The notes under the pieces are model-generated. The model searched no databases. It was not told where the DNA came from and worked only from the letters and a program-made list of their open reading frames with translations. This document shows positions 48,901-59,855 of a stretch of DNA of 64,000 bases, one piece after another; within the stretch, counting starts at the first letter, position 1, and every line of letters starts with the position of its first letter. Source of the DNA: Macrostomum lignano (lineage: Eukaryota); contig NIVC01000171.1 of assembly GCA_002269645.1 (NCBI GenBank), positions 1 through 64,000 of the forward strand. The letters run 5' to 3'. The translations under genes were made by a program, and so were the position numbers.

Positions 48901-49523
48901 GGCGCTTCTGTTCTGGGTGAATGGCGCTTCTGTTCTGGGTGAATGGCGCTTCTGTTCTGAGTGAATGGCGCTTCTGTTCTGGGTGAATGGCGCTTCTGTT
49001 CTGGGTGAATGGCGCTTCTGTTCTGGGTGAATGGCGCTTCTGTTCTGGTGAATGGCGCTTCTGTTCTGGGTGAATGGCGCTTCTGTTCTGGGTGAATGGC
49101 GCTTCTGTTCTGGTGAATGGCGCTTCTGTTCTGGTGAATGGCGCTTCTGTTCTGGGTGAATGGCGCTTCTGTTCTGGTGAATGGCGCTTCTGTTCTGGGT
49201 GAATGGCGCTTCTGTTCTGGGTGAATGGCGCTTCTGTTCTGGGTGAATGGCGCTTCTGTTCTGGGTGAATGGCGCTTCTGTTCTGGGTGAATGGCGCTTC
49301 TGTTCTGGGTGAATGGCGCTTCTGTTCTGAGTGAATGGCGCTTCTGTTCTGGGTGAATGGCGCTTCTGTTCTGGGTGAATGGCGCTTCTGTTCTGAGTGA
49401 ATGGCGCTTCTGTTCTGGGTGAATGGCGCTTCTGTTCTGGGAGAATGGCGCTTCTGTTCTGGGAGAATGGCGCTTCTGTTCTGAGTGAATGGCGCTTCTG
49501 TTCTGGGTGAATGGCGCTTCTGT
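33901..49523. repeat. 15.6-kb satellite of 21/22-bp units GAATGGCGCTTCTGTTCTG(G/GG/AG)T, roughly 720 copies
   Basis: Read directly; three main unit variants (CTGGTGAA, CTGGGTGAA, CTGAGTGAA). Copy number is length divided by about 21.7. Confidence 0.99.
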
Positions 49524-49578
49524 GCCGAGAGGCGCTGTAATGTTAAACAAATCTGTACTATAAATCTACTCCCCGCAG

Positions 49579-50094
49579 GCTCTTATCCGATCGCAACGAA
49601 AGACTGGCAGACACCGCAGCTTCGGGCGCTTCAGCATCTGCCGCAGCCGCAGGCGCCGCCGCAGGAGCAGCCTCCGCCTTCATCAGCAGCGAAGGAGCTC
49701 CTGGCAGATGACGACAGCCAGCCGAGCTCCACAGTCAGGTACACCATCGACGCCTTCTTGGCTAGCGACGGTCGCTCCTCCCGACGTGTCGGCAGCGGCG
49801 CTGGGCGGCCGCCGAAGTCGCCGACAAAGGAGGCGAGCCGGGCCAGCCGGTTCGAGTGCTCGGACTGCGGCCGGAGCTACGCCACCTCCAGCAACCTCAG
49901 CCGGCACCGCCAGACGCATCGGAGTCTCGACAGTCAGGGAGCTCGGCGCTGCCAGCACTGCGGCAAGGCCTACGTGTCCATGCCGGCCCTGGCGATGCAC
50001 CTGATGACGCACAGCCTGAAGCACCGCTGCCACGTGTGCGGCAAGTCCTTCAGCCGGCCCTGGTTACTGAGCGGCCACCTCAGGGCTCACACCG
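49579..50094 (+). CDS. scrt: Scratch-family (Snail superfamily) C2H2 zinc-finger factor, exon 2
   Basis: Acceptor ccccgcag|GC. Scratch-domain-like YTIDAFLASDGRS; fingers CSDCGRSYATSSNLSRHRQTH, CQHCGKAYVSMPALAMHLMTH and CHVCGKSFSRPWLLSGHLRAH closely match SCRT1/2 fingers as I recall them. Donor G|GTGAGG. Confidence 0.93.
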
Positions 50095-50116
50095 GTGAGG
50101 AGAGCAGCCCGGCCTG

Positions 50117-51555
50117 AATCTGTGTATCTATAGATCTAGACACTGTTTATCTATATATCTAGACACTGTGTATCTATAGATCTAGACAGAGTGTTTTTAT
50201 AAATCTAGACACTGTGTATCTATAGATCTAGTCAGAGTGTATTTATAAATCTAGACACTGTGTATCTATAGATCTAGTCAGAGTGTATTTATAAATCTAG
50301 ACACTGTGTATCTATAGATCTAGACAGAGTGTATTTATAAATCTAGACACTGTGTATCTATAGATCTAGTCAGAGTGTATTTATAAATCTAGACACTGGG
50401 TATCTATAAATCTAGACACTGTGTATCTATAGATCTAGACACTGTGTATCTATCGATCTAGACACTGTGTATCTATAGATCTAGACAGAGTGTATTTATA
50501 AATCTAGACACTGTGTATCTATAGATCTAGTCAGAGTGTATTCATAAATCTAGACACTGGGTATCTATAAATCTAGACACTGTGTATCTATAGATCTAGA
50601 CACTGTGTATCTATCGATCTAGACACTGTGTATCTATAGATCTAGACAGAGTGTATTTATAAATCTAGACACTGTGTATCTATAGATCTAGTCAGAGTGT
50701 ATTCATAAATCTAGACACTGGGTATCTATAAATCTAGACACTGTGTATCTATAGATCTAGACACTGTGTATCTATCGATCTAGACACTGTGTATCTATAG
50801 ATCTAGACGTTGTGTATCTATAGATCTAGACACTGTGTATCTATAGATCTAGACACTGTGTATCTATAGATCTAGACAGAGTGTATTTATAAATCTAGAC
50901 ACTGTGTATCTATAGATCTAGTCAGAGTGTATTTATAAATCTAGACACTGGGTATCTATAAATCTAGACACTGTGTATCTATAGATCTAGACAGAGTGTA
51001 TTTATAAATCTAGACACTGTGTATCTATAGATCTAGACACTGTGTATCTATAGATCTAGACACTGTGTATCTATAGATCTAGACACTGTGTATCTATAGA
51101 TCTAGACACTGTGTATCTATAGATCTAGACACTGTGTATCTATAGATCTAGACACTGTGTATCTATAGATCTAGACACTGTGTATCTATAGATCTAGACA
51201 CTGTGTATCTATAGATCTAGACACTGTGTATCTATAGATCTAGACACTGTGTATCTATAGATCTAGACACTGTGTATCTATAGATCTAGACACTGTATAT
51301 CTATATATCTAGACACCGTGTATCCATATATCCTAGATACAGTGCACCTATAGATCTAGACACAGTGTACCTATAGATCTAGACACTATGCATCTATAGA
51401 TCTAGATACACGATACCTGATACAGTGAATATATTTTTCTAGCCATGTATATATAGATTTAGATACTATGCATCTATAGATCTAAATATTATAGACATGT
51501 ATCTATCCAGCATCTATAGATCTATACAATGTTTTTGAGCCTTAGACACGCCTTA
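50117..51555. repeat. 23-bp minisatellite CACTGTGTATCTATAGATCTAGA with variants, about 60 copies, filling Scratch intron 2
   Basis: Read directly. Confidence 0.96.
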
Positions 51556-51673
51556 GATCTATAGATCCATAGAAAGTGCATTCACAGATCCAGCTAGAGA
51601 TAACTCTCTAGCGCTGAAATCCCTAGACATCTCCAGACGCATCTACAGACCGTCTCGAACTCTCAACCAACAG

Positions 51674-51888
51674 GCGAAAAACCTTTCGGATGTGCGCACT
51701 GCGGCCGCGCATTCGCCGACCGGTCCAACCTGCGCGCGCACATGCAGACCCACACCGGTGAGAGGCAGCACCGGTGCCACAGGTGCGGCCGGGGCTTCGC
51801 ACTGCGCGCCTATCTTAGCAAGCACCTGGAGTCCCGGGCCTGCTGCAGGGGCGAGGCTGAGAAAGCGATGAAAGTTGAAACAGTGTGA
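51674..51888 (+). CDS. scrt: Scratch gene, last exon (fingers 4-5)
   Basis: Acceptor caaccaacag|GC gives GEKPFGCAHCGRAFADRSNLRAHMQTH..CHRCGRGFALRAYLSKHLESRAC. Stop TGA at 51886-51888. The three exons total 966 nt = 321 aa. Confidence 0.93.
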
Positions 51889-51973
51889 CTTGGCAATGCC
51901 TGCTCCAAACTTACCTGCTAATCGCTATTGCAATGTACATGTATCAAGCCAAACCTGTTGTTTACTCTGGCAC

Positions 51974-51979
51974 AATAAA
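51974..51979 (+). terminator. Candidate polyadenylation signal (AATAAA) of Scratch
   Basis: First AATAAA, 86 nt after the stop codon; position only. Confidence 0.5.
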
Positions 51980-52195
51980 CTTTTGAAAAAGCCATAGCGA
52001 CTAAACTGATACGAGAGCGGCGTGCGTTTACAATTTTAATAAATTTTTTATCTGATTCATTCTCCTACACCCAATGCAACGGGGGTGCAGATATTGTATA
52101 AGGGGGGTATATATAAGCACAAATACTTCTCATGTGGGATTGAACCTCAGAATTGAGGATTTCTGCTACTGTGGTCGTTTGTCTATGCCAAATAT

Positions 52196-52610
52196 ACCCT
52201 CTCTCTGACTCTCCCCCTCTCTGACTCTCCCCCTCTCTGACTATCCCCCACTCTGACTCTCACCCTCTCTCTGACTCTCAACCTCTCTCTGACTCTCAAC
52301 CTCTCTCTGACTCTCACCCTCTCTGACTCACCCTCTCTCTGACTCTCACCCTCTCTCTGACTCTCACCATCTCTCTGACTCTCACCCTCTCTCTGACTTT
52401 CACCCTCTCTCTGACTCTCACCCTCTCTCTGACTCTCACCCTCTCTCTGACTCTCACCCTCTCTCTGACTCTCACCCTCTCTCCGACTCTCACCCTCTCT
52501 CTGACTCCCACCCTGTCTCTCTGATTCTCATTATGTCATTCCCTCTTTGATTCTTACCCTCTCTAACAATTAACCTCTTTATCTGACTCTCACTACTCTC
52601 TCTCAGATTT
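52196..52610 (+). repeat. 18-bp array (CTCTCACCCTCTCTCTGA)n, pyrimidine strand on +
   Basis: Reverse complement of the arrays at 52940-53400 and 53903-54480. Confidence 0.92.
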
Positions 52611-52624
52611 CGACAATTCAAGCC

Positions 52625-52705
52625 TGTAGGCCGGTGGTCCTTGTGAAGTTTCTGGCCTGCCAATTTTACTGTCCCGATTTGAGTGGTCGTCGGTTCGAGT
52701 TCCGT
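52625..52705 (+). other. Degenerate tRNA-like / pol III promoter-like segment (possible SINE head)
   Basis: A-box-like TAGGCCGGTGG near 52626 and B-box-like GGTTCGAGTTCC near 52692; no convincing cloverleaf. Confidence 0.25.
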
Positions 52706-52939
52706 GACGGCGGCCGGTCACCGGACATGATGAGGGCGCCATCACACCAGGTTTAGTCCTGTCAGATCAGAGCTTGCCGCCTCGTGGAACCAGTTGGCTA
52801 GCAGTTACCCATTTTTTATGCCGGACAATGAGTGACTCAAGGTGACCTTGAGCCAAAATCTGGACTGCCATCTCCCCACAAAACCGACACATTGACAGAC
52901 TACAAGGGTTATGAGGCAGAAAGGTAGCCAGAGAGCGAG

Positions 52940-53400
52940 AGGGTAAGACTTGGAGAGTGGGGGTAATCAGAGAAGGGTGAGAGTCAGAGAGAGGGTGAGA
53001 GTCAGAGAGAGGCTGAGAGTCAGAGAGAGGGTGAGAGCAGAGAGAGGGTGAGAGTCAGAGGGGGTGAGAGTCAAAGGGGGTGGGAGTCAGAGGGGGTGAC
53101 AATCAGAGAGAGGGTGAGAGTCAGAGAGAGGGTGAGATTTAGAGAGGGTGACAGTCAGAGAGAGTGAGAGTCATAGAGAGGGTGAGAGTCAGAGGGGGTG
53201 AGAGTCAGAGAGAGGCTGAGAGTCAGAGAGAGGCTGAGAGTCAGAGAGAGGCTGAGAGTCAGAAGGGGTGAGAGTCAGAGTGGGTGAGAGTCAGAGAGAG
53301 GCTGAGAGTCAGAGAGAGGCTGAGAGTCAGAAGGGGTGAGAGTCAGAGGGGTGAGAGTCAGAGAGGGTGAAAGTCGGAGAGGGGTGACAGTCAGAGACAG
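52940..53400 (-). repeat. 18-bp array (TCAGAGAGAGGGTGAGAG)n, inverted relative to 52196-52610
   Basis: Read directly. Confidence 0.92.
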
Positions 53401-53902
53401 TCAGCTTCAGTCTGAACTGAGCTGAGAAGACTTGGCACTCCAATCCAGATTCTGCTTCACGGCCTCCTCTACTGATCAATCTCTGCCCTCATGTTCAAAT
53501 TTCACCGAATAAAAACGGAACAGAAAACAAAGTGGGGATCTTCATGGGAAATTCGATGCCAATGCCCACTGCGTACCGACTCTGATGGGGCGCGTGTTGA
53601 CCCCTGTTGTTGCGCAATCGAGCAAGCAACCCATCGATCTTGGCGCAAAATCTTTTTGAGAGACGGAGCAGCTTTTTGCGTCTGAGACGGCTGGGATTGA
53701 CAGCCAGATGAGCGACTGCGGTTAGACAGAGAGGCGGCCTGGGGCGAAACAAATTCTATAAAAATGAATTGAGATGCCGGTTGTGAAGACAGAAAAGGTT
53801 GATAATTCCAAGATTAAGAGCGATGGATGCGGGGGAGAGTCTGAGTGCCCTCGAGCATAAGAGGAAGGGGTGGGTGTCGAAGAGCTGAGATCAGGGTTGA
53901 AT

Positions 53903-54480
53903 TCAGTGAGAGTGGGTGAGATTCAGAGAGAGGGTGAGAGTCAGAGAGAGGGTGAGAGTCAGAGAGAGGGTGAGAATCAGAGAGAGGGTGAGAATCAGAG
54001 GGAGGTTGAGAGTCAGAGAGAGGGTGAGAGTCAGAGCAAGGGTGAGAATCAGAGAGAGAGGGTGAGAGTCAGAGAGAGGGTGAGAGTCAGAAAGAGGGTG
54101 AGAATCAAAGAGAGGCTGAGAGTCAGAGAGAGGGTGAGAATCAGAGAGAGGGTGAGAGTCAGAGAGAAGGTGAGAGTCAGAGAGAGGCTGAGAGTCACAG
54201 AGGCTGAGAGTCAGAGAGAGAGTGAGAGTCAGAGAGAGGGTGAGAGTCAGAAAGAGGGTGAGAATCAAAGAGAGGCTGAGAGTCAGAGAGAGGGTGAGAA
54301 TAAGAGAGAGGGTGATGTCAAAGAGAGGCTGAGAGTCAGAGAGAGTGTGAGAGTCACAGAGGCTGAGAGTCAGAGAAAGGGTGAGAATCAAAGAGAGGGT
54401 GAGAATCAAAGAGAGGGTGAGAGTGAAAGAGATCGAGAGAGTCAGTCAGGGGGTGAGAGTCAGAGAGTGTGAGAGTCAGA
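53903..54480 (-). repeat. Third array of the same 18-bp family
   Basis: Same unit and orientation as 52940-53400. Confidence 0.92.
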
Positions 54481-57033
54481 CAGCTGGAGAGAGCTACGTG
54501 GTAGCCAGGCAATGCACCGCAGAGCAAACCATCCTGCATCCCCAGATCGAGAGATAACCAGTCCGCATCGTTAGCCCCGTGATTTAATAATGTCTCGAAC
54601 TCATAATTCTGGTCCAAGAACAGTGTTAGAAATATTCACCAATTCAGATCTCAAGTGCCGAAATCTTATATTCATACAATAGCTGCACTCACGGTATACA
54701 TAGGGATTCAGCTATAGGCTGGTCCCCCCCGCAGAGACTGACCATCTGCGCATGGCTTGGATGCAGTTTACACACAGATTGGAATTGGCGGGTGCTTTGC
54801 TAACTTTTTTATAATCCCTCTGGGGTGGCCCAGAGAGAGAAGGAATCTCATTCACACGGCTTGTACACGACTGAAAACATCTCAAATTTATGGCGGCAAG
54901 GCGGCACAATTAAAACACTTTTTGAGCTTCTGACTGACGGAATGACACCGGAGGCTTGCAGGCGTCACGTGCGACAGGAGCTGCTTGCGCTTTTTTATGT
55001 AGCACCGAAACGCAGATCCATGCGGCAGAGGCGGGCCGGATAAGCTCTAAAAACACTGGAGGACAAGTCGTAAAAAAATAAGGAAAAATCAGGCAAATTT
55101 GCTCCGCCGAAAGGAGTCATGGACCTTTGGTTGGATTTCTGGAATGGAAACTGCCGAATATTGGGAGGGGCCAGCCCCCAAAGCGCAGAGAATGTACATG
55201 CAAGCTTTTCCACTACAGAAGGCAAAATTTGGGCCAGTCCAGATGTTTTAAGTGTCCATTAAGGGACCACCTTGCCGCGACAGAAAGTTGGGGAGAGTCA
55301 GACAGCAGATGGGGCCCCTGCTGTGAGCGTGTCAACCGGTCATTACAGCGATAAAAACATTGTTGAGAGTCGTTGAGGCAGTGGTTCTCCGGCTGGGGGA
55401 GAGATTTCACTTCCCCATCCGGGGATGAGGGTAGGAAGCTGCAAATTGATGGCTAGATGGGGAGGAGGTGATGGAGAGCTTCTTAATACGGGCTTTAGAG
55501 ACTCTGAGCCCAGATTCACCCAGTTCAATGCTGCTCAACCCTGCTCAACCTGTTTGACGCACAAATTAACAACTGTGTGAGACTGGCTGTCTATGGCAAA
55601 ACCTCCACAACTGCCTTCACATCTGACATCGAACAAACACCAATTAAATTAAAGTTGCACTTTAACTGATGATAAATTGAGAAGCTTCTCCGACATCATT
55701 TCGTTCGCAACTTCTCAGAGTCTGGAGAGCTCTTCGAAAACCCTTCTGAATTGGAGGAGGTGACAAAGAGAGTTTTAAGGGGAAACAGCGGGTGGGGGGC
55801 ATGGGGGACCCGTAATGAGGGCCCGGGAGACTCCAGCCACCCAGTTGTCAACCCCATAGCAACCGACTTTTTCTAGCAACTGTTGAGCACAGGGGAGGAA
55901 GCGCGAGGGATTAGATGGGGATCTATGTTAGGCCTGCAGCAGGTCTCGCGGGACCCGCCCGGCTTTATTGAAGCCTCGCCCGGAGGCGGTGTCGGCGAGG
56001 CCGGTGATTGCCGTCAGTTTCTGGGTAATAGATTTAGGAAGCTGGGACCCGGCCGCTGGGCGATGAAGCGTTGCGCCACCTCAATGCAAAAGCTGTTGCT
56101 AGGCGAGTTTGTGACAGGAAAAGTGGCTGAACGGCTGAAAGAAGATTGAAGGTGCGATAGCTGGGCTAATACGGAAACTTGTGGGTTGCCGTTGCTGCGA
56201 GGACATCTGTCGCCCAGTTAGGCTCAGGCTTAGGGGATCAGGCTCCATCAAATCCAGGTTTTGAGTCACCGCGGCTCGATTTTTTAGAGACCGGCTCAGC
56301 ACGAGCAGCAGCCAAGGAGATTCAAAGAGTCTGGAGCCAACTTCAGTCGAAGGCCCTCAACTTAAGCCAAGCGATCCTGTTGCCACAGTCTTCTGTCTCC
56401 TATCTCCGTAATGTATTTTTTTTCGAAAAAAACCGCCTCTTAAAACTTTCCAAGAAACGTACTTTCCCGTCCGTCTACTTTGAGTAGTCCTTGGTTGCTG
56501 TGTTTGCGCAGCGCTGAATGAGGTTTTGCCATTGACAAATTCAGGCGAGAATGAAACACACGAGAGACAGAGGCAGCTGAAATTATGCCGATATGTTTTG
56601 TCAATATCATCCTTTGCAATTCGAAAGTTCAGAAGTTGAAAACCAGCATCCAGAGAAATCTGCAGGAGAGGCTGCGTCCTGCTATTTTGGTAGTCCATGA
56701 CTCTGGTTGGAAGTCCCTGAGCAAAAATGCCAATCGACGGGGGCGAGAAGCAGAATTTGAAGGATTAGTTGCTGAGGTGCCCTGCGGGGCCAGTTGCTCT
56801 GTGCTCCCTCATCACCGCCTGAGCAGTCGGATATTAATGCCACGTGTCAGAGCTGATGGTCCGGCGCCATTAATCAAACCCTGCATTCATTCACAGCTCA
56901 CTCGCTTCCGGGCAGCAAAGGTTTTGTATTTGTTGACGGAAATTATGAATACAAATTAATTCCAACCCAGCTAGTGCATTGGGGGGCGTCTTTCGGGGAG
57001 GGGGCCTCGTTTGATGGCGCCAGCACCCTCAAG

Positions 57034-57508
57034 CAGCACCAGAGGCGCCAGCACCAGAGGCGCCAGCACCAGAGGCGCCAGCACCAGAGGCGCCAGCACC
57101 AGAGGCGCCAGCACCAGAGGCGCCAGCACCAGAGGCGCCAGCACCAGAGGCGCCAGCACCAGAGGCGCCAGCACCAGAGGCGCCAGCACCAGAGGCGCCA
57201 GCACCAGAGGCGCCAGCACCAGAGGCGCCAGCACCAGAGGCGCCAGCACCAGAGGCGCCAGCACCAGAGGCGCCAGCACCAGAGGCGCCAGCACCAGAGG
57301 CGCCAGCACCAGAGGCGCCAGCACCAGAGGCGCCAGCACCAGAGGCGCCAGCACCAGAGGCGCCAGCACCAGAGGCGCCAGCACCAGAGGCGCCAGCACC
57401 AGAGGCGCCAGCACCAGAGGCGCCAGCACCAGAGGCGCCAGCACCAGAGGCGCCAGCACCAGAGGCGCCAGCACCAGAGGCGCCAGCACCAGAGGCGCCA
57501 GCACCAGA
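57034..57508. repeat. Perfect 15-bp minisatellite (CAGCACCAGAGGCGC)n, about 31 copies
   Basis: Read directly; no variant units seen. Confidence 0.97.
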
Positions 57509-57934
57509 AATAATTAAGTTTGCTAACTTGTAAAAACATAAAAAAAACAGCCGATAGAAATTGGTCATTCTCGCATGACTACTGTGAGTAGCATTAACAA
57601 AAAGGTGCGATTTAGTGTTTTATATTGCACTGGTTTCAAAAATGAACCGCTGATACCCTAAGTTTGGTTAAAACGGCATTTGATTTCATCAAACTAAACA
57701 GACAGACGCACACAACTATAAATACATGGGATAAGCCAATGAAATATGGCATACAGCACTATCTAATCAAAAGAACAATAAGTATAATGTGACAATAAAA
57801 TGTCAGTGACAAATTCAACGCTGCAAGCAAAACATGTGTTGCAAAAAGTTGCCTGTTCAAAGTTATTGTGCTTTTAAAAATAGAAAACAACAAAATTTTG
57901 TGGTAATCTAAGCATTATAAATATTTTCGTTGTT

Positions 57935-58578
57935 TACAATGTACACTGGAGGACCGCGTGGATTGGGGTAGGGGCTGTTCTGGAGCCAATGTACACTGGA
58001 GGACTGCGTGGATAGGGGTGGGGGCTGTTCTGGAGCCAATGTACACTGAAGGACTGCGTGGATTGGGGTGGGGCTGTTCTGGAGCCAATGTACACTGAAG
58101 GACTGCGTGGATTGGGGTGGGGCTGTTCTGGAGCCAATGTACACTGGAGGACTGCGTGGATTTGGGGATTGGGGTGGGGGCTGTTCTGGAGCCAATGTAC
58201 ACTGGAGGACTGTGTGGATTGGGGTGGGGCTGTTCTGGAGCCAATGTACACTGGAGGACTGCGTGGATTGGGGTGGGGCTGTTCTGGAGCCAATGTACAT
58301 TGGAGGACTGCGTGGATTAGGGTTGGGGCTGTTCTGCAGCCAATGTACACTGGAGGACTGCGTGGATTGGGGTGGGGCTGTTCTGGAGCCAATGTACACT
58401 GGAGGACTGCGTGGATTGGGGTGGGGCTGTTCTGGAGCCAATGTACACTGGAGGACTGCGTGGATTGGGGTGGGGGCTGTTCTGGAGCCAATGTACACTG
58501 GAGGACTGCGTGGATTGGGGTGGGGGCTGTTCTGGAGCCAATGTACACTGAAGGACTGAGTGGATTGGGGTGGGGCTA
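57935..58578. repeat. 49-50-bp minisatellite CCAATGTACACTGGAGGACTGCGTGGATTGGGGTGGGGCTGTTCTGGAG, about 13 copies
   Basis: Read directly. Confidence 0.95.
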
Positions 58579-59369
58579 CTATGGAGCAGCTAGCAGCCAC
58601 CCACTTCACTGAGTAAACCACTCAGTTACACGGAGATTCAGCAGACCACAAATAATAGCCTATTTCAGTGTGACACTTATACACAGAGATCATAGACAAA
58701 TAATGCAAATAACGTACGTATTGTTTTTACAAAACTAAAACAACGATAAGCACACTGCACTACTGAAAGTAGCTTACGCACACTGCTGCACAAGCAAAGC
58801 AGAGGTTTAGAGGTAAAATTTGCTCAATACTCGTAGAAATACTTTCTTTTAAAAAGCGAGAACAAAAATTAATTTGTTTTCTTGATGTGCCGAGGTACTA
58901 CTAAAATAAAGCTTAACAATAAGTAGCATAGATGCACGCGAACGCTATTATAGTAAATATCAACAATAAAAAATAGCGCTTGTAAACAAAAGTATTTCAT
59001 AAACAGCGATGAAAAGTATTAGCAAGTTTCAGTAGGATGAAACCAACAAAATATTGAAAGCTGTCGCAACAGATATCAATGAAGAAAAAGATTTACAACA
59101 AATTGCTAAATCTACAAAACTTGCAGCAGGGACAGCGCAGTCCATGAAAACTCAAGATTGCACAAATTAATTTACTTCTATTACTCAATTTAAAACTGAC
59201 TGCCGACTTATTTTTTCGACTACATAATTAAACTACACTACTTACTAGCGCTGCGATCAGTAGCATAGTGAGGATAAAACTAAAAAATCAGTTAAAATAT
59301 TGATTATCGAGGTTTCAAACTGTTGGGCCCCCTAAAAATACAAAAAGTTCCTGCATCATCATCAGCTAC

Positions 59370-59834
59370 TCAGCAGTTCTCTGGCAGGCTCTCAGCAGGC
59401 GGCGGCGGGGGCGCCAGTGCCGGCTCGGCCAGGCTGTGAGTGATGTCGAACAGAGACTGGTCGTCGGCAGCCAGCTGGCTCTCAAAGAAGCCGGACTCGC
59501 GCGGCGGGCAGGTGGAGGTGAAATTCTCCTCGGTGACCAGCGGCGCCTGCCGATGGCTCCTGCCGGGGCTGCCGGACTCGTCGCGGGTGTTGGACAGGAA
59601 CGGCTGCGACTCGTCCTCTGACTGGCCGAGGCGCCGGCCGCCACCGCTGCCAGCGGCCGAGTTCTTGCACATCGGCGACAGCTCGGACACGTGGGTGGTG
59701 CCGCTGCTGTTGTTGTTGCGCCGGCGGAGGCTCAGCCGCCTGAGCAGGTTTATCAGCGAGGGAATGCTGCCGCCCGAGTTTCCGCTTGACGACTGGGGAG
59801 GGGGCAACAGGTGAGGGCTGTGCTTGACTGAGCC
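59370..59834 (-). CDS. Adhesion GPCR, last exon (cytoplasmic tail)
   Basis: Phase-0 acceptor gtagtcag|GGC at 59834, in frame with ORF 59807-59370; GC-rich codon-like S/P/R-rich tail ending ESLPENC*. The acceptor choice is inferred. Confidence 0.7.
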   Translation of the reverse strand, partial: GSVKHSPHLLPPPQSSSGNSGGSIPSLINLLRRLSLRRRNNNSSGTTHVSELSPMCKNSAAGSGGGRRLGQSEDESQPFLSNTRDESGSPGRSHRQAPLVTEENFTSTCPPRESGFFESQLAADDQSLFDITHSLAEPALAPPPPPAESLPENC

Positions 59835-59855
59835 CTGACTACCGGACCAGTAGCT

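Noticed and set aside
33798-49550. 5250-aa minus-strand ORF (QNRSAIH/PEQKRHS/RTEAPFT)
   Set aside because: The minus-strand unit contains no TAA, TAG or TGA in any frame, so any array length stays open. The peptide cycles through all three frames with unit length, and the start is TTG. It is a repeat by-product, not a gene.
52130-52200. Minus-strand B-box-like GGTTCAATCCC
   Set aside because: No matching A-box or cloverleaf; an isolated 11-mer is not enough to call an RNA gene or SINE.
57029-57568. Silk-fibroin-like (GAGAS)n ORF
   Set aside because: One of six open frames of a perfect 15-bp repeat, with no synonymous variation, signal peptide or splice context.
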